The notes under the pieces are model-generated. The model ran no database searches and was not told the origin of the DNA. It saw only the letters and a program-made list of their open reading frames with translations. This document shows, piece after piece, positions 8,544 to 17,582 of a DNA stretch of 64,000 nucleotides. Positions within the stretch are counted from its first letter, which is position 1; each line of letters begins with the position of its first letter. The stretch is from Candidatus Hydrogenedentota bacterium (GTDB lineage Bacteria; Hydrogenedentota; Hydrogenedentia; Hydrogenedentales; SLHB01): the NCBI GenBank assembly GCA_045863335.1, contig BTVY01000019.1, positions 47,039 through 111,038 on the forward strand. Direction: 5' to 3'. Position numbers and translations under genes: made by a program.

Positions 8544-9965
8544 TCAGGCGAGGATTTCGTGGATCACGTGGCCGTGCACGTCGGTCAGGCGGCGGTCGAT
8601 CCCGTTATGGCGGACCGTGAGCTTCTCGTGATCGATTCCGAGCAGATACAACACGGTGGCGTGGAGATCGTAGCAGTAAGTCGGTTTGTCGACGGCCTTG
8701 TAGGACCACTCGTCGCTCTCGCCGTACGAGACGCCGCCTTTGAATCCGCCGCCCGCCACCCACGAGGTGAAGGTGAAGGGGTTGTGATCGCGGCCTGCGC
8801 TGCCCTGGCTGCAGGGCATGCGCCCGAACTCCGTGGTCCAGATGACGATCGTGTCGTCCAGCATGCCCCGGCCCTTGAGGTCTTTCAGGAGCGCCGCGGC
8901 CGGTTTGTCCATACTGCCCGCCATGTCGGCGTGATCCTTCTTGAGATCTTCGTGCGAATCCCAATTCCGGCGGGGGAACCCGTTGTCCGCGCCGCTCCAG
9001 ACCTGAACGAATCGGACGCCCCGCTCCAGCAAACGGCGGGCGACCAGACAGTTCCGGCCGAAGTCTTCCGTGACAGGGTCGTCGAGTCCGTACAACTTCC
9101 GCGTCAACTCCGATTCACCGGAAAGATTCAACACTTCCGGCGCGCTCAATTGCAGCTTGGCCGCCATCTCGTAGCTGGCGATGCGCGCGTTGAGCCGCGA
9201 ATCACCCATCCGGCTCGCTTCGTGTTCGCGGTTGAGCGCGTTCAGCACCTCCAGCGCTTCCGCGTCTCCCTCCGGTGTAACGTAGGTGCCGTCCGGCGGG
9301 TGGAGGTCCGCGATAGGATTCGATGCGGCAGGGCGAATGAGCGTTCCTTGATGGTCCGATGGGAGAAATCCCGCGGACCAGTTCTTCGGGCCGCCCGGTG
9401 CGAACCCGCGGGAGTCCGGCAACACAACAAAGGTGGGCAGTTCGTCCGTCTCGCTGCCCAGGCCGTAGCTGACCCAGGAACCGATGCTGGGGAAACCCGG
9501 CAGCACAAAGCCCGTTGTCTGCATGAAAGTCGCGGGACCATGGACATTCGACTTGGCGATCATCGCGTGGAGGAAGGCCATGTCGTCGACACACTCGGCC
9601 AGGTGAGGCACCAGTCCGCTCACCCACTTGCCGCATTCGCCGTGTTGTTTCCACTCCCAGGGACAAGGCATGACGAAGCCGGGGTCGCTCTGAAACAGTT
9701 CGACTTTCTCGCCGGGATCGAAGGGCTCGTTGGCACGCTTGATGAGTTCCGGCTTGTAATCGAAGGTGTCGACCTGGCTGGCGGCGCCGGACATGAAGAG
9801 CTGAATCACGCGCTTCGCCTTGGGAGGGTGATGGAGTCCGTTCAGTGCGCCCGTGTGTCGTTGGGTTGCTGAGGAAGCGTAGGCGTGTTCGCGGCCCAAC
9901 AAATGGGCTAACGCGATTCCACCCAATCCACCGCCAAAATGCCAGAGAAACGATCGTCTATCCAT
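8544..9965 (-). CDS. DUF1501 family (sulfatase-like) protein with Tat-like signal
   Basis: MDRRSFL; AKRVIQLFMSGAASQVDTFDYKP, ARRLLERGVRFVQ, WDSH, EFGR, GRDHNP, DLHAT. Confidence 0.9.
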   Translation of the reverse strand: MDRRSFLWHFGGGLGGIALAHLLGREHAYASSATQRHTGALNGLHHPPKAKRVIQLFMSGAASQVDTFDYKPELIKRANEPFDPGEKVELFQSDPGFVMPCPWEWKQHGECGKWVSGLVPHLAECVDDMAFLHAMIAKSNVHGPATFMQTTGFVLPGFPSIGSWVSYGLGSETDELPTFVVLPDSRGFAPGGPKNWSAGFLPSDHQGTLIRPAASNPIADLHPPDGTYVTPEGDAEALEVLNALNREHEASRMGDSRLNARIASYEMAAKLQLSAPEVLNLSGESELTRKLYGLDDPVTEDFGRNCLVARRLLERGVRFVQVWSGADNGFPRRNWDSHEDLKKDHADMAGSMDKPAAALLKDLKGRGMLDDTIVIWTTEFGRMPCSQGSAGRDHNPFTFTSWVAGGGFKGGVSYGESDEWSYKAVDKPTYCYDLHATVLYLLGIDHEKLTVRHNGIDRRLTDVHGHVIHEILA

Positions 9966-10117
9966 GTCGAACCTTGCGCATTGGTTTCGCGATATGCGTT
10001 TGAGACGGCGTGTGACGCCTAACACCAGGAAAACCTGAGTCGAGTATATCACGGCTCCAGCGGGGAAGCCGTGAGCCACACGCGCGCCCGCCCAAACAGG
10101 CAATCCATTTGCGTTTT

Positions 10118-10139
10118 AATCGTGAATTATGGCACGATT
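10118..10139. promoter_or_regulatory. Palindromic operator candidate (Rex/CRP-type GTG-N8-CAC)
   Basis: AATCGTG-AATTATGG-CACGATT, perfect 7-bp arms, about 85 bp upstream of the respiratory operon. Confidence 0.45.
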
Positions 10140-10224
10140 TCCGCCGCCGCGGGTCCTGCCTGCGGTGCCGATGGCACCATTGCCGCGTCATCGTTGGGGG
10201 ATATTAACAAGGGGGAGTCCGTTC

Positions 10225-11373
10225 ATGGACGTATTTCCTGCCGCGGATCCGATTCCGTTGCCGGCGCCGGTGTGGTTGTTCAAGGCGCTGCATTCGGTCA
10301 CGCTGGTGCTGCATTTCTTTTCGGTGCACTTTCTCGTCGGAGGACTCCTCCTCGCGATTATTTGGTCCTTTGTGGGCCGTTCCCGAAAAGATGCAGTGCT
10401 GCTGAACGCTTCCGGCATGGTGACGCATCGCCTGCCGATCGTGATGACCTACGTGATCAATCTAGGCGTGCCGCCGTTGCTGTTTACCCAGGTGCTGTAC
10501 GGGCGCGGTCTTTATACGAGCAGCGTCCTCATTGGCGCGTGGTGGATCAGCGTCGTCGCCTTGCTCATCGTTTCGTACACCTTCCTCTACATCATGAGCA
10601 GCCGCGCCGAATCGGGGCGCGCGGCCGGTTGGGCAGGGCTCATCGCGCTGATCGTGGTACTGAAAATCGGGTTCATCTACACGAACAATATGACCCTCAT
10701 GCTCCGGCCGGACGTGTGGGGGGCCATGTACGAGAACAGCGCGGCCGGCGTGCAGTTTCATTCCGGCGATCCCACGATGATGCCGCGGTGGCTCTACATG
10801 ATTCTTGGATCCATCGGCGTTGCCGGAATCGCGCTGCTGTTCATCGGCATGAAGAGCACCGTTGACGACGGGGTTGCGGGACTCCTCACGCGGTGGGGCG
10901 GACGCTTGCTCGCCGGATTCACCGTCGTTCAAATCGCGCTCGGGTTCTGGGTGTTTCGCACGCAGCCCGAGGCCGTGCGCGCCGGTCTCACCAGCGGCGC
11001 GGCTTATCCCGCGATGATGGGCCTTTGGGCGGTATCGGCCTTGGCGGCGATCGGACTAGGCGTGATGGTCGCGCGTAGAACCCGCGTGCACGGGGGGCTT
11101 GTTTCAATCGCCGCATTGGCGGCGTTTCTGAATGTATTCGCCATGGTGCTTCTGCGCGACGGCATTCGCGATCTTACGCTCGCTGCGGCTGGTTTCGACG
11201 TGTGGGCGCGCGAGGTCGCAACCAACTGGTCGATCGTCATTATCTTTCTCCTCTGTTTCATGCTTGCGCTGGTCATGATGGTCTGGTTGATCTCCGTCGT
11301 GGCGCGGGCCAAGGCACAGCCGGAATCCTACGCCGCGTTCGCGGATGGATTGGTTGAAAAGGAGGTCGTGTAA
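10225..11373 (+). CDS. CydA-like membrane subunit (CydA'-type) of a bd-like oxidoreductase
   Basis: TM1 LHFFSVHFLVGG and C-terminal LRDGIR parallel the HILISHFAVGGG and REMLR motifs of 12954..14441; about 10 TM helices; RBS GGGGAG. Confidence 0.6.
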   Translation: MDVFPAADPIPLPAPVWLFKALHSVTLVLHFFSVHFLVGGLLLAIIWSFVGRSRKDAVLLNASGMVTHRLPIVMTYVINLGVPPLLFTQVLYGRGLYTSSVLIGAWWISVVALLIVSYTFLYIMSSRAESGRAAGWAGLIALIVVLKIGFIYTNNMTLMLRPDVWGAMYENSAAGVQFHSGDPTMMPRWLYMILGSIGVAGIALLFIGMKSTVDDGVAGLLTRWGGRLLAGFTVVQIALGFWVFRTQPEAVRAGLTSGAAYPAMMGLWAVSALAAIGLGVMVARRTRVHGGLVSIAALAAFLNVFAMVLLRDGIRDLTLAAAGFDVWAREVATNWSIVIIFLLCFMLALVMMVWLISVVARAKAQPESYAAFADGLVEKEVV

Positions 11374-11376
11374 CTC

Positions 11377-11868
11377 ATGGCCGATGCCACGCTGGATTCG
11401 ATGGAAACGCCCGAAGAAAACGGCAGCGCCTCGCCGACGCGCCGCGCGTTTGTGAAGGCGGGATTCGGTTTGGTCGGCGCGTGCTACGCGGGCGCGATCG
11501 GCTATCCCATTTACCGGTACCTGGCCACCCCCGCCGTGCGCGCCGCGGAGATGGGGGCCATCACCGAGGTGGCTTTTCCGGAGACGGACATGCCGCCCGC
11601 GGGTTCCGCGCTGCGCTTCATGTTCGGACCACGCCCGGCCATGCTCATTCATCACACCGACGGCAGCGTGGTTTGTTTCGACGCCGTGTGCACGCATCTG
11701 GGATGCACGGTCGAGTTCCAACCCGACCAGAACCGCATTCATTGCGCATGCCATGGGGGCAATTACGACATGCACACCGGCAAGAACGTGGCGGGCCCGC
11801 CGCCGAAGCCGTTGCGTCAATTCAATGTGGAGGTTGTCGATGGGCAGATCGTCGTCTCTCGCGCCTAG
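11377..11868 (+). CDS. qcrA: Rieske 2Fe-2S subunit of a Rieske/cytochrome b complex
   Basis: Tat anchor TRRAFVK; CTHLGC and CACHGG boxes; GPPPKPL. Confidence 0.93.
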   Translation: MADATLDSMETPEENGSASPTRRAFVKAGFGLVGACYAGAIGYPIYRYLATPAVRAAEMGAITEVAFPETDMPPAGSALRFMFGPRPAMLIHHTDGSVVCFDAVCTHLGCTVEFQPDQNRIHCACHGGNYDMHTGKNVAGPPPKPLRQFNVEVVDGQIVVSRA

Positions 11869-12943
11869 CGCTATACAATCCGGCCTGTATCGTTGGTTGG
11901 ACGCGCGCTTGGGGCTTGCTGAACTTCGGGCCATGGCCCGGAAGAAGGAAGTGCCGCAGCACCGCCATTCGTTCTGGTACTACTGGGGCGGGATCACGCT
12001 TTTCCTATTTCTCATTCAACTGATCAGCGGAATCCTCTTGCTCGTCTACTACCGGCCCGGCGCGGACGCTTATGATTCGGTCCGTCAGATTACGTACGAC
12101 ATCGAGTTCGGCTGGCTGATCCGGTCGGCCCATTCGTGGTCGGCCAATCTCATGGTGCTTGCCGCCTTCGTTCACATGTTCTCCGTGTTTTTCATGAAGG
12201 CGTACCGCAACCCGCGCGAACTCGGGTGGTGGAGCGGTTTGGCCCTGCTCGGACTGACGATGGTCTTCGGGTTCAGCGGCTACCTCTTGCCCATGGACGA
12301 ACTGGCCTTCTTCGCGACCAAGGTGGGGCTTGAAATTCCCGCCAGTATCCCGGGAGTCGGCGCGATCATCGTTACGCTGGTCCAGGGCGGCGAATCGGTA
12401 ACGGCGGTGACCATTCAACGGTTCTTCGCGTTGCACGTCGTCGTGCTGCCCATGGTGTTCATGGCCATTCTCGCGTTTCATCTGTGGCTCGTGCAGAAGC
12501 ACGGCAACGCGGTGCCGCCAAGCGAAGAACTCGTGCCCGAGACCGAACGCCGGTCCATCCCGTTCTTTCCGAACTTTCTGGCGAAGGATCTTGCCATGTG
12601 GCTGATCGCGCTCAACGTGCTCGCGATTCTCGCCTCGATGTATCCCTGGCAATTGGGCGCGCCCGCCGATCCCGCGGCGCCCGCGCCCGAAGGCATTCAT
12701 CCCGAATGGTATTTCATGAGCCAGTTCCAAGCGCTGAAGGTTCTCGGGAATTGGTTGCCGGGCGTAACCGGCGAATTCGCGGGCATTGCGCTGTTCGGGA
12801 TCGGCGGATTGCTTTGGGGCCTGATTCCGCTGTTTGACACCAGCAGCCGGGCCGGCGCGCGCGCGCGGGCGGCCACGTGGTTCGGCGTTATCGCGTTGTT
12901 CGGTTTGATCGCCCTTACAATCTGGGGCTACGCCGAGGTATAG
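11840..12943 (+). CDS. qcrB: Cytochrome b subunit (unsplit) of a bc-type complex
   Basis: Four heme His (SAHSW, FVHMF, ALHVV, AFHLW), SGYLLP, PFFP, PEWY motif. Confidence 0.93.
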   Translation: MGRSSSLAPSAIQSGLYRWLDARLGLAELRAMARKKEVPQHRHSFWYYWGGITLFLFLIQLISGILLLVYYRPGADAYDSVRQITYDIEFGWLIRSAHSWSANLMVLAAFVHMFSVFFMKAYRNPRELGWWSGLALLGLTMVFGFSGYLLPMDELAFFATKVGLEIPASIPGVGAIIVTLVQGGESVTAVTIQRFFALHVVVLPMVFMAILAFHLWLVQKHGNAVPPSEELVPETERRSIPFFPNFLAKDLAMWLIALNVLAILASMYPWQLGAPADPAAPAPEGIHPEWYFMSQFQALKVLGNWLPGVTGEFAGIALFGIGGLLWGLIPLFDTSSRAGARARAATWFGVIALFGLIALTIWGYAEV

Positions 12944-12953
12944 GAGAGTTGGA

Positions 12954-14441
12954 ATGAATTACCCGTTCTGGGACGTGCCGGTTATTGGCAGCGGCTGGGT
13001 GATCGGCGGCATTGCGATCGTCCACATTCTCATCAGCCATTTTGCGGTGGGCGGCGGTTTGTATTTGCCCATGGCGGAACGGAAAGCGCTGCGGGAAGGG
13101 CGCACCGAATGGATGCCCGTGTTGAAACGGCATTCGCGGTTCTTTCTGATCCTCACCGGCGTGTTCGGCGCGGCGACGGGCGTGGGAATCTGGTTTGCCA
13201 TCGGTTTGGCCAATCCGGAAGGCACGAGCACGCTCATTCACAACTTCGTCTTCGGATGGGCGATCGAATGGACCTTTTTCTTCGTGGAGTTGTCCTCGGC
13301 GGCGGTCTATTACTACACGTGGGGGCGCATTCCCGACAAGCTCCACCTCAAAGTCGGTTGGGTCTATGCGTTCTTCTCCTTCCTTACGCTCGTTATCATT
13401 AACGGAATTCTGACCTTCATGCTGACGCCGGGCCAGAGCTGGCTCGAAGTCGCGGGCACCGGAAACGAAGCGACGCGTTTCTGGCAGGCCTTCTTCAATC
13501 CGACGTACTGGCCGAGTCTCGGCATTCGCACCCTGGTCTGCATCTCGCTGGCGGGCGTGTGGGCGCTGGTCACGGCGAGCCGCATCGATGGATTCGAGAA
13601 TCCCGCGCTGAAGACGTCCTTCGTCCGTTGGTCGGCGAAGTGGCTCATCCCCGCCTTCATTCTGTTGCCGGTATTCTTCCTGTGGTTCCTTCACATGGTG
13701 CCCTTCGAGCAGCGCGGGTTAATCAAGCTCGGCATTGCGACCATTGGACAAGGCGTGTTCACGCAGGTGACGCGGGCCGCCTTGGTGACCATGATGACGT
13801 CCGCAACCATCGCGATGATCGTGTACTTCCTCGCGTTCCGCAACCCGCGCGACTTTACCTTCGGTCATGCGGTCGCCGTGTTGTTTCTCGCGCTGGCCGC
13901 GACGGCCTCGACGGAGCAGGCGCGCGAAATGCTGCGTAAACCCTACGTCGTCGTGAACCACATTTACTCCAACGGCGTTCGCGCGAAAACGGAGGTAACG
14001 AAGTTCAATGAGGAGGGCTACCTCACGCGCAGCATCTGGGCCACGGAAGAGCAGAAGGCGGAGTGGGCACGACTCGACGCGGCCACGCCTGTGCCGGGTA
14101 CCGTGGTACCCGCCGCGGAAGCCCCGCAACCCGAACGGGTGCCGCAACTGGATCGCGGCAAGCTCATGCTGCGGGGACAGTGCATGGCCTGCCATACGGT
14201 CGACGGCTACCGATCCTTGCGCAAACTGCTTGCCGAGCGGGACCGGGAATCGATCACCAATGTGCTCACCATGCTGCACGAGTACAAAGACGACTCGCCA
14301 TACCGCGCGTACATGCCGCCCCTCGTCGGCAGCGACGGCGAGATCGCGGCCTTGGCGGATTACCTCGATCACCTCGTGCAGACGGCCAAGCCCGAGCACA
14401 AGGAAGACGCGGAGATCACCGTCGCGACCGCCGATGAGTAG
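12954..14441 (+). CDS. Cytochrome bd subunit I-like protein fused to a C-terminal cytochrome c
   Basis: HILISHF (His19-like), GAATGVGIWF, AIEWTFFFVE (E99/E107-like), FMLTP, FFNP, EMLRKPY (E445/R448-like); CMACH with distal MPP. Confidence 0.85.
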   Translation: MNYPFWDVPVIGSGWVIGGIAIVHILISHFAVGGGLYLPMAERKALREGRTEWMPVLKRHSRFFLILTGVFGAATGVGIWFAIGLANPEGTSTLIHNFVFGWAIEWTFFFVELSSAAVYYYTWGRIPDKLHLKVGWVYAFFSFLTLVIINGILTFMLTPGQSWLEVAGTGNEATRFWQAFFNPTYWPSLGIRTLVCISLAGVWALVTASRIDGFENPALKTSFVRWSAKWLIPAFILLPVFFLWFLHMVPFEQRGLIKLGIATIGQGVFTQVTRAALVTMMTSATIAMIVYFLAFRNPRDFTFGHAVAVLFLALAATASTEQAREMLRKPYVVVNHIYSNGVRAKTEVTKFNEEGYLTRSIWATEEQKAEWARLDAATPVPGTVVPAAEAPQPERVPQLDRGKLMLRGQCMACHTVDGYRSLRKLLAERDRESITNVLTMLHEYKDDSPYRAYMPPLVGSDGEIAALADYLDHLVQTAKPEHKEDAEITVATADE

Positions 14442-14470
14442 GCGGTAAGCGTCAATCCTGTTCTCCACAA

Positions 14471-14631
14471 GAACATCCCCCTTATCCCCCTTCAAAGGGG
14501 GAGTTTCGCGCAACGCGGAGCGTTGCGATAGTTCGGCCCGACGACATGACATCACTGCGTGCGACGCGGAGTTACAAAGGCACCGACCTGGCGCAATTCC
14601 CCCTTCGAAGGGGGATTCAAGGGGGATGTTC
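14471..14631. repeat. REPIN/MITE-like element, copy 1
   Basis: Terminal inverted repeats GAACATCCCCCTT...AAGGGGGATGTTC, each with an internal CCCCCTTxxAAGGGGG palindrome; second copy at 43026-43192. Confidence 0.85.
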
Positions 14632-14757
14632 CTGCCTTCTCGCCGAGGTCTCCACTTGTCATCAAGCGCGCCTTTGATCGTTCTGCAAAGCGCGTGATAG
14701 GCTTTCTGCGCCGGTCATTCCGATCGGTATCACCTTGGTGTAAGGCGAAAACACGTC

Positions 14758-15108
14758 ATGAGCAGTACGATCACGATTTATCACAATCCACGGTGCACCA
14801 AGAGCCGCGAAACATTGGCCCTGCTACGCGAAGAGGGCGTTGAACCCGAGGTGGTCGAATATCTGAAGACGCCGCCGTCGAAGGCCCGCCTCCGGGAGTT
14901 GGCGAAGCTCCTGGGCAATGCGCATGTCTTGCTGCGGACGAAGGAGAAAGAGTACCAGGCGCTCGGTCTGTCGCCGGAAAGCACAACCGCCGCTATTGTC
15001 GACGCGATTGCCGAGCACCCGATTCTGCTGGAGCGCCCCATCGTCGTCTGTGACGGCAAGGCCGCAATCGGCCGGCCGCCGGAGTCGGTGCTGCGCATCC
15101 TTCCCTGA
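14758..15108 (+). CDS. arsC: ArsC/Spx family (glutaredoxin-type arsenate reductase-like) protein
   Basis: IYHNPRCTKSR, YLKTPP, HPILLERPIV, IGRPPE. Confidence 0.88.
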   Translation: MSSTITIYHNPRCTKSRETLALLREEGVEPEVVEYLKTPPSKARLRELAKLLGNAHVLLRTKEKEYQALGLSPESTTAAIVDAIAEHPILLERPIVVCDGKAAIGRPPESVLRILP

Positions 15109-15147
15109 CGACAGTTTCCGCGACATCGCGACTGGAGACCAAAACGA

Positions 15148-16722
15148 ATGCCCCCTTCGAAGAAACGTCCCAAGATCACGACGCGCCCGTGGAAGGAAGA
15201 AGACATTCCCGCGCTGGTGGAATGCCAGTATGCCGCGTATAGCGACTTTCCGCACTACCGGCTCTGCAACGAGCGGCTGTTCCACTTGCAGCACACCGCG
15301 TTCCCGGAGGGCCAGTTCCTTGCGGAGGTGGACGGCCAGATCGCGGGGTACTGCGCGTCGCTGATCGTGATGCTGGACGACTCGGCGCCCTGGCATTCCT
15401 ACAACGAGATTACCGGCAGCGGCACTTTCAATACCCACGACCCCGGCGGCGACACCTTGTACGGCGCGGAGATCGCCGTACGGCCCGAGTATCGCGGGAT
15501 GGGCGTCGCGGGCGCGTTGTACAAGGAACGCATCAAACTCATGAAGCGCTTCAATCTCCGTCGCATGGTGGCGGGCGGGCGCATCCCGGGCTACTGGGAG
15601 TACGCGGGGAAGATGACCGCGGAAGAGTACGTCGACAAGGTCATCGCCGGCGAACTTAAGGATCAGGCGCTGAACGCGCACATCAAGGCAGGGTATTCCG
15701 TCAAGGGGATCCACTACGACTATCTCAGCGACGAGGCAAGCCTGAACTACGCGACCCACCTCGAGTTGATCAATCCCGACTTCAAACTAGAGCGGCGGCG
15801 CATCGCGTCGTCACCCATTACACGACCTGTGCGGCGTGTGCGCGTGTGCGCGGCGCAATACGATCTCCGCGGCATTCGAAGTTGGGAAGATTTCGAACGG
15901 CAGGTGGATTTCTTCGTCACGACGGCGGAAGAGTATCACTGCCATTTTCTCGTGTTTCCGGAACTGTTCACGGCGCAGCTCATCAGCACCATGGACCGCG
16001 ACATGGAGCCGTTGGAGGCCGTGCGCCACCTTGCGGACTATACGGATCAATACACGGAAATGTTCGCCGCCATGTCGCAACGGTTCGGCGGGTACATCAT
16101 CGGCGGATCGCATCCGGTCATGCGGGAAGGCTCGCTCCGCAACGTCTCGCACCTGTTTTCGCCGACAGGACAGATCTACACGCAGGACAAGTTGCACATT
16201 ACGCCGGACGAACGGAAGTTCTGGGGCATTCAGCCCGGCGAAGGGTTGAACGTGTTCGAGACGGAGTTCGCGCGTATCGCGATCCAGGTCTGTTACGACA
16301 TCGAGTTCCCCGAGATGAGCCGGCTCCTCACCTTGTACGGCGCGGAAGTCGTCTTCGTTCCGTTCATGACCGACGAGAAGAAGGCCTACTCCCGCGTGCG
16401 GCTCTGCGCCCAGGCGCGGGCCGTGGAGAACTACATCTATACCGTCATCGCGGGCAACGTGGGGAACTTGCCGCAGGTGCGCAGCTTTCTCATCAACTAC
16501 GGCCAGGCGGCCATCTTTACGCCGAGCGATTTCGCGTTCCCCCCGCATGCGACCGCGGCGGAAGCGGAACCCAACACGGAGATGGTGGTCATCACCGATC
16601 TCGATCTCGAAACCCTCGCGTTGCAGCGGGACATGGGGACCGTGCGGCCGCTGCGCGACCGGCGGCCGGACCTCTACACCCTCGTGCCGAGCCGCGCGGT
16701 CAACGTGATCCGCACTCAGTAG
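15148..16722 (+). CDS. GNAT / carbon-nitrogen hydrolase fusion (YhcX-like)
   Basis: N-terminal GNAT (VRPEYRGMGVA); nitrilase triad FPE, QDKLH, VCYD; ARAVEN. Confidence 0.9.
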   Translation: MPPSKKRPKITTRPWKEEDIPALVECQYAAYSDFPHYRLCNERLFHLQHTAFPEGQFLAEVDGQIAGYCASLIVMLDDSAPWHSYNEITGSGTFNTHDPGGDTLYGAEIAVRPEYRGMGVAGALYKERIKLMKRFNLRRMVAGGRIPGYWEYAGKMTAEEYVDKVIAGELKDQALNAHIKAGYSVKGIHYDYLSDEASLNYATHLELINPDFKLERRRIASSPITRPVRRVRVCAAQYDLRGIRSWEDFERQVDFFVTTAEEYHCHFLVFPELFTAQLISTMDRDMEPLEAVRHLADYTDQYTEMFAAMSQRFGGYIIGGSHPVMREGSLRNVSHLFSPTGQIYTQDKLHITPDERKFWGIQPGEGLNVFETEFARIAIQVCYDIEFPEMSRLLTLYGAEVVFVPFMTDEKKAYSRVRLCAQARAVENYIYTVIAGNVGNLPQVRSFLINYGQAAIFTPSDFAFPPHATAAEAEPNTEMVVITDLDLETLALQRDMGTVRPLRDRRPDLYTLVPSRAVNVIRTQ

Positions 16723-16730
16723 GCCGCAGC

Positions 16731-17393
16731 ATGTTTCGCAAGCACCTGTACGTCTTCGAAGAACTGCGGCCCCGCGAAGCGGTGATCCGCGGTTACACCG
16801 AAGCCGACTTCGACGATCTCATCGATATCCAGCGCGAATGTTTCCCGCCGCCGTTTCCATCGGAATTGTGGTGGAACCAAGAGCAGCTCGGCAACCATGT
16901 GCGCCTGTTTCCCGACGGCGCCTTGTGCGTGGAGGTGGAGGGGAAGCTGGCGGGGTCCATTACCGGACTCGTCGTGCCGTGGGAACCCGGCGACCCCGAC
17001 CATGCGTGGAGCGAAATCACGGACGACGGCTACATCCGCAACCACGACCCCGACGGCAACACCTTGTACATCGTCGATATCAGCGTGCGGCCCTCGCACC
17101 GCAAGCTCGGACTCGGCAAATGGCTCATGCTCTCCATGTACGAAGTGGTCGTCGAGAAAAGGCTGACCCGCCTTCTCGGAGGCGCGCGCATGCCGGGCTA
17201 CCACAGAGTCGCGGACAAGCTGACTCCCGAGGGGTACTTGGACAAGGTCCTGGCCGGGGACATCAGCGACCCCATCGTCACGTTCTTGTTGCGCTGCGGC
17301 CGTGTGCCCGTACGCGTCGTGCCCAACTATCTCGACGACGAGGAATCCGGAAACAACGCCGTGCTCATGGAATGGCGCAACCCTTGGCGGTGA
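16731..17393 (+). CDS. GNAT family N-acetyltransferase (YkwB-like)
   Basis: HDPDGNTLYIVDISVRPSHRKLGLG, GGARMPGY, EWRNP; ATG 8 nt after the upstream stop. Confidence 0.88.
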   Translation: MFRKHLYVFEELRPREAVIRGYTEADFDDLIDIQRECFPPPFPSELWWNQEQLGNHVRLFPDGALCVEVEGKLAGSITGLVVPWEPGDPDHAWSEITDDGYIRNHDPDGNTLYIVDISVRPSHRKLGLGKWLMLSMYEVVVEKRLTRLLGGARMPGYHRVADKLTPEGYLDKVLAGDISDPIVTFLLRCGRVPVRVVPNYLDDEESGNNAVLMEWRNPWR

Positions 17394-17394
17394 A

Positions 17395-17460
17395 ATGGAA
17401 AATTCGAAGCACGAAATCCGAAACAAATTCGAATGTCCAAAATTCAAAACATCCGAAACC
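17395..17460. repeat. AT-rich degenerate heptamer tandem repeat
   Basis: AAATTCG AAGCACG AAATCCG AAAC AAATTCG AATGTCC AAAATTC. Confidence 0.65.
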
Positions 17461-17582
17461 TTGATGAACTGCGGCTGACAAAACCGCTGGCGCGACGCTC
17501 ACGTCCGTGCGCTGGTCAAGGCTCAATCGGTGCCATCGGTGAAATCGGTGGATCGCTTCTTTTAACCTGAGGAGATTCCGGC

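Noticed and set aside
11960-12000. b6-type covalent heme ci site in cytochrome b
   Set aside because: The position reads YYWGG rather than CxGG, so there is no Cys for attachment.
15846-16730. 515-aa ORF suggesting a long overlapping or fused GNAT
   Set aside because: The first 295 codons are an Arg/Gly-rich shadow frame of the nitrilase gene; the real protein starts at 16731.
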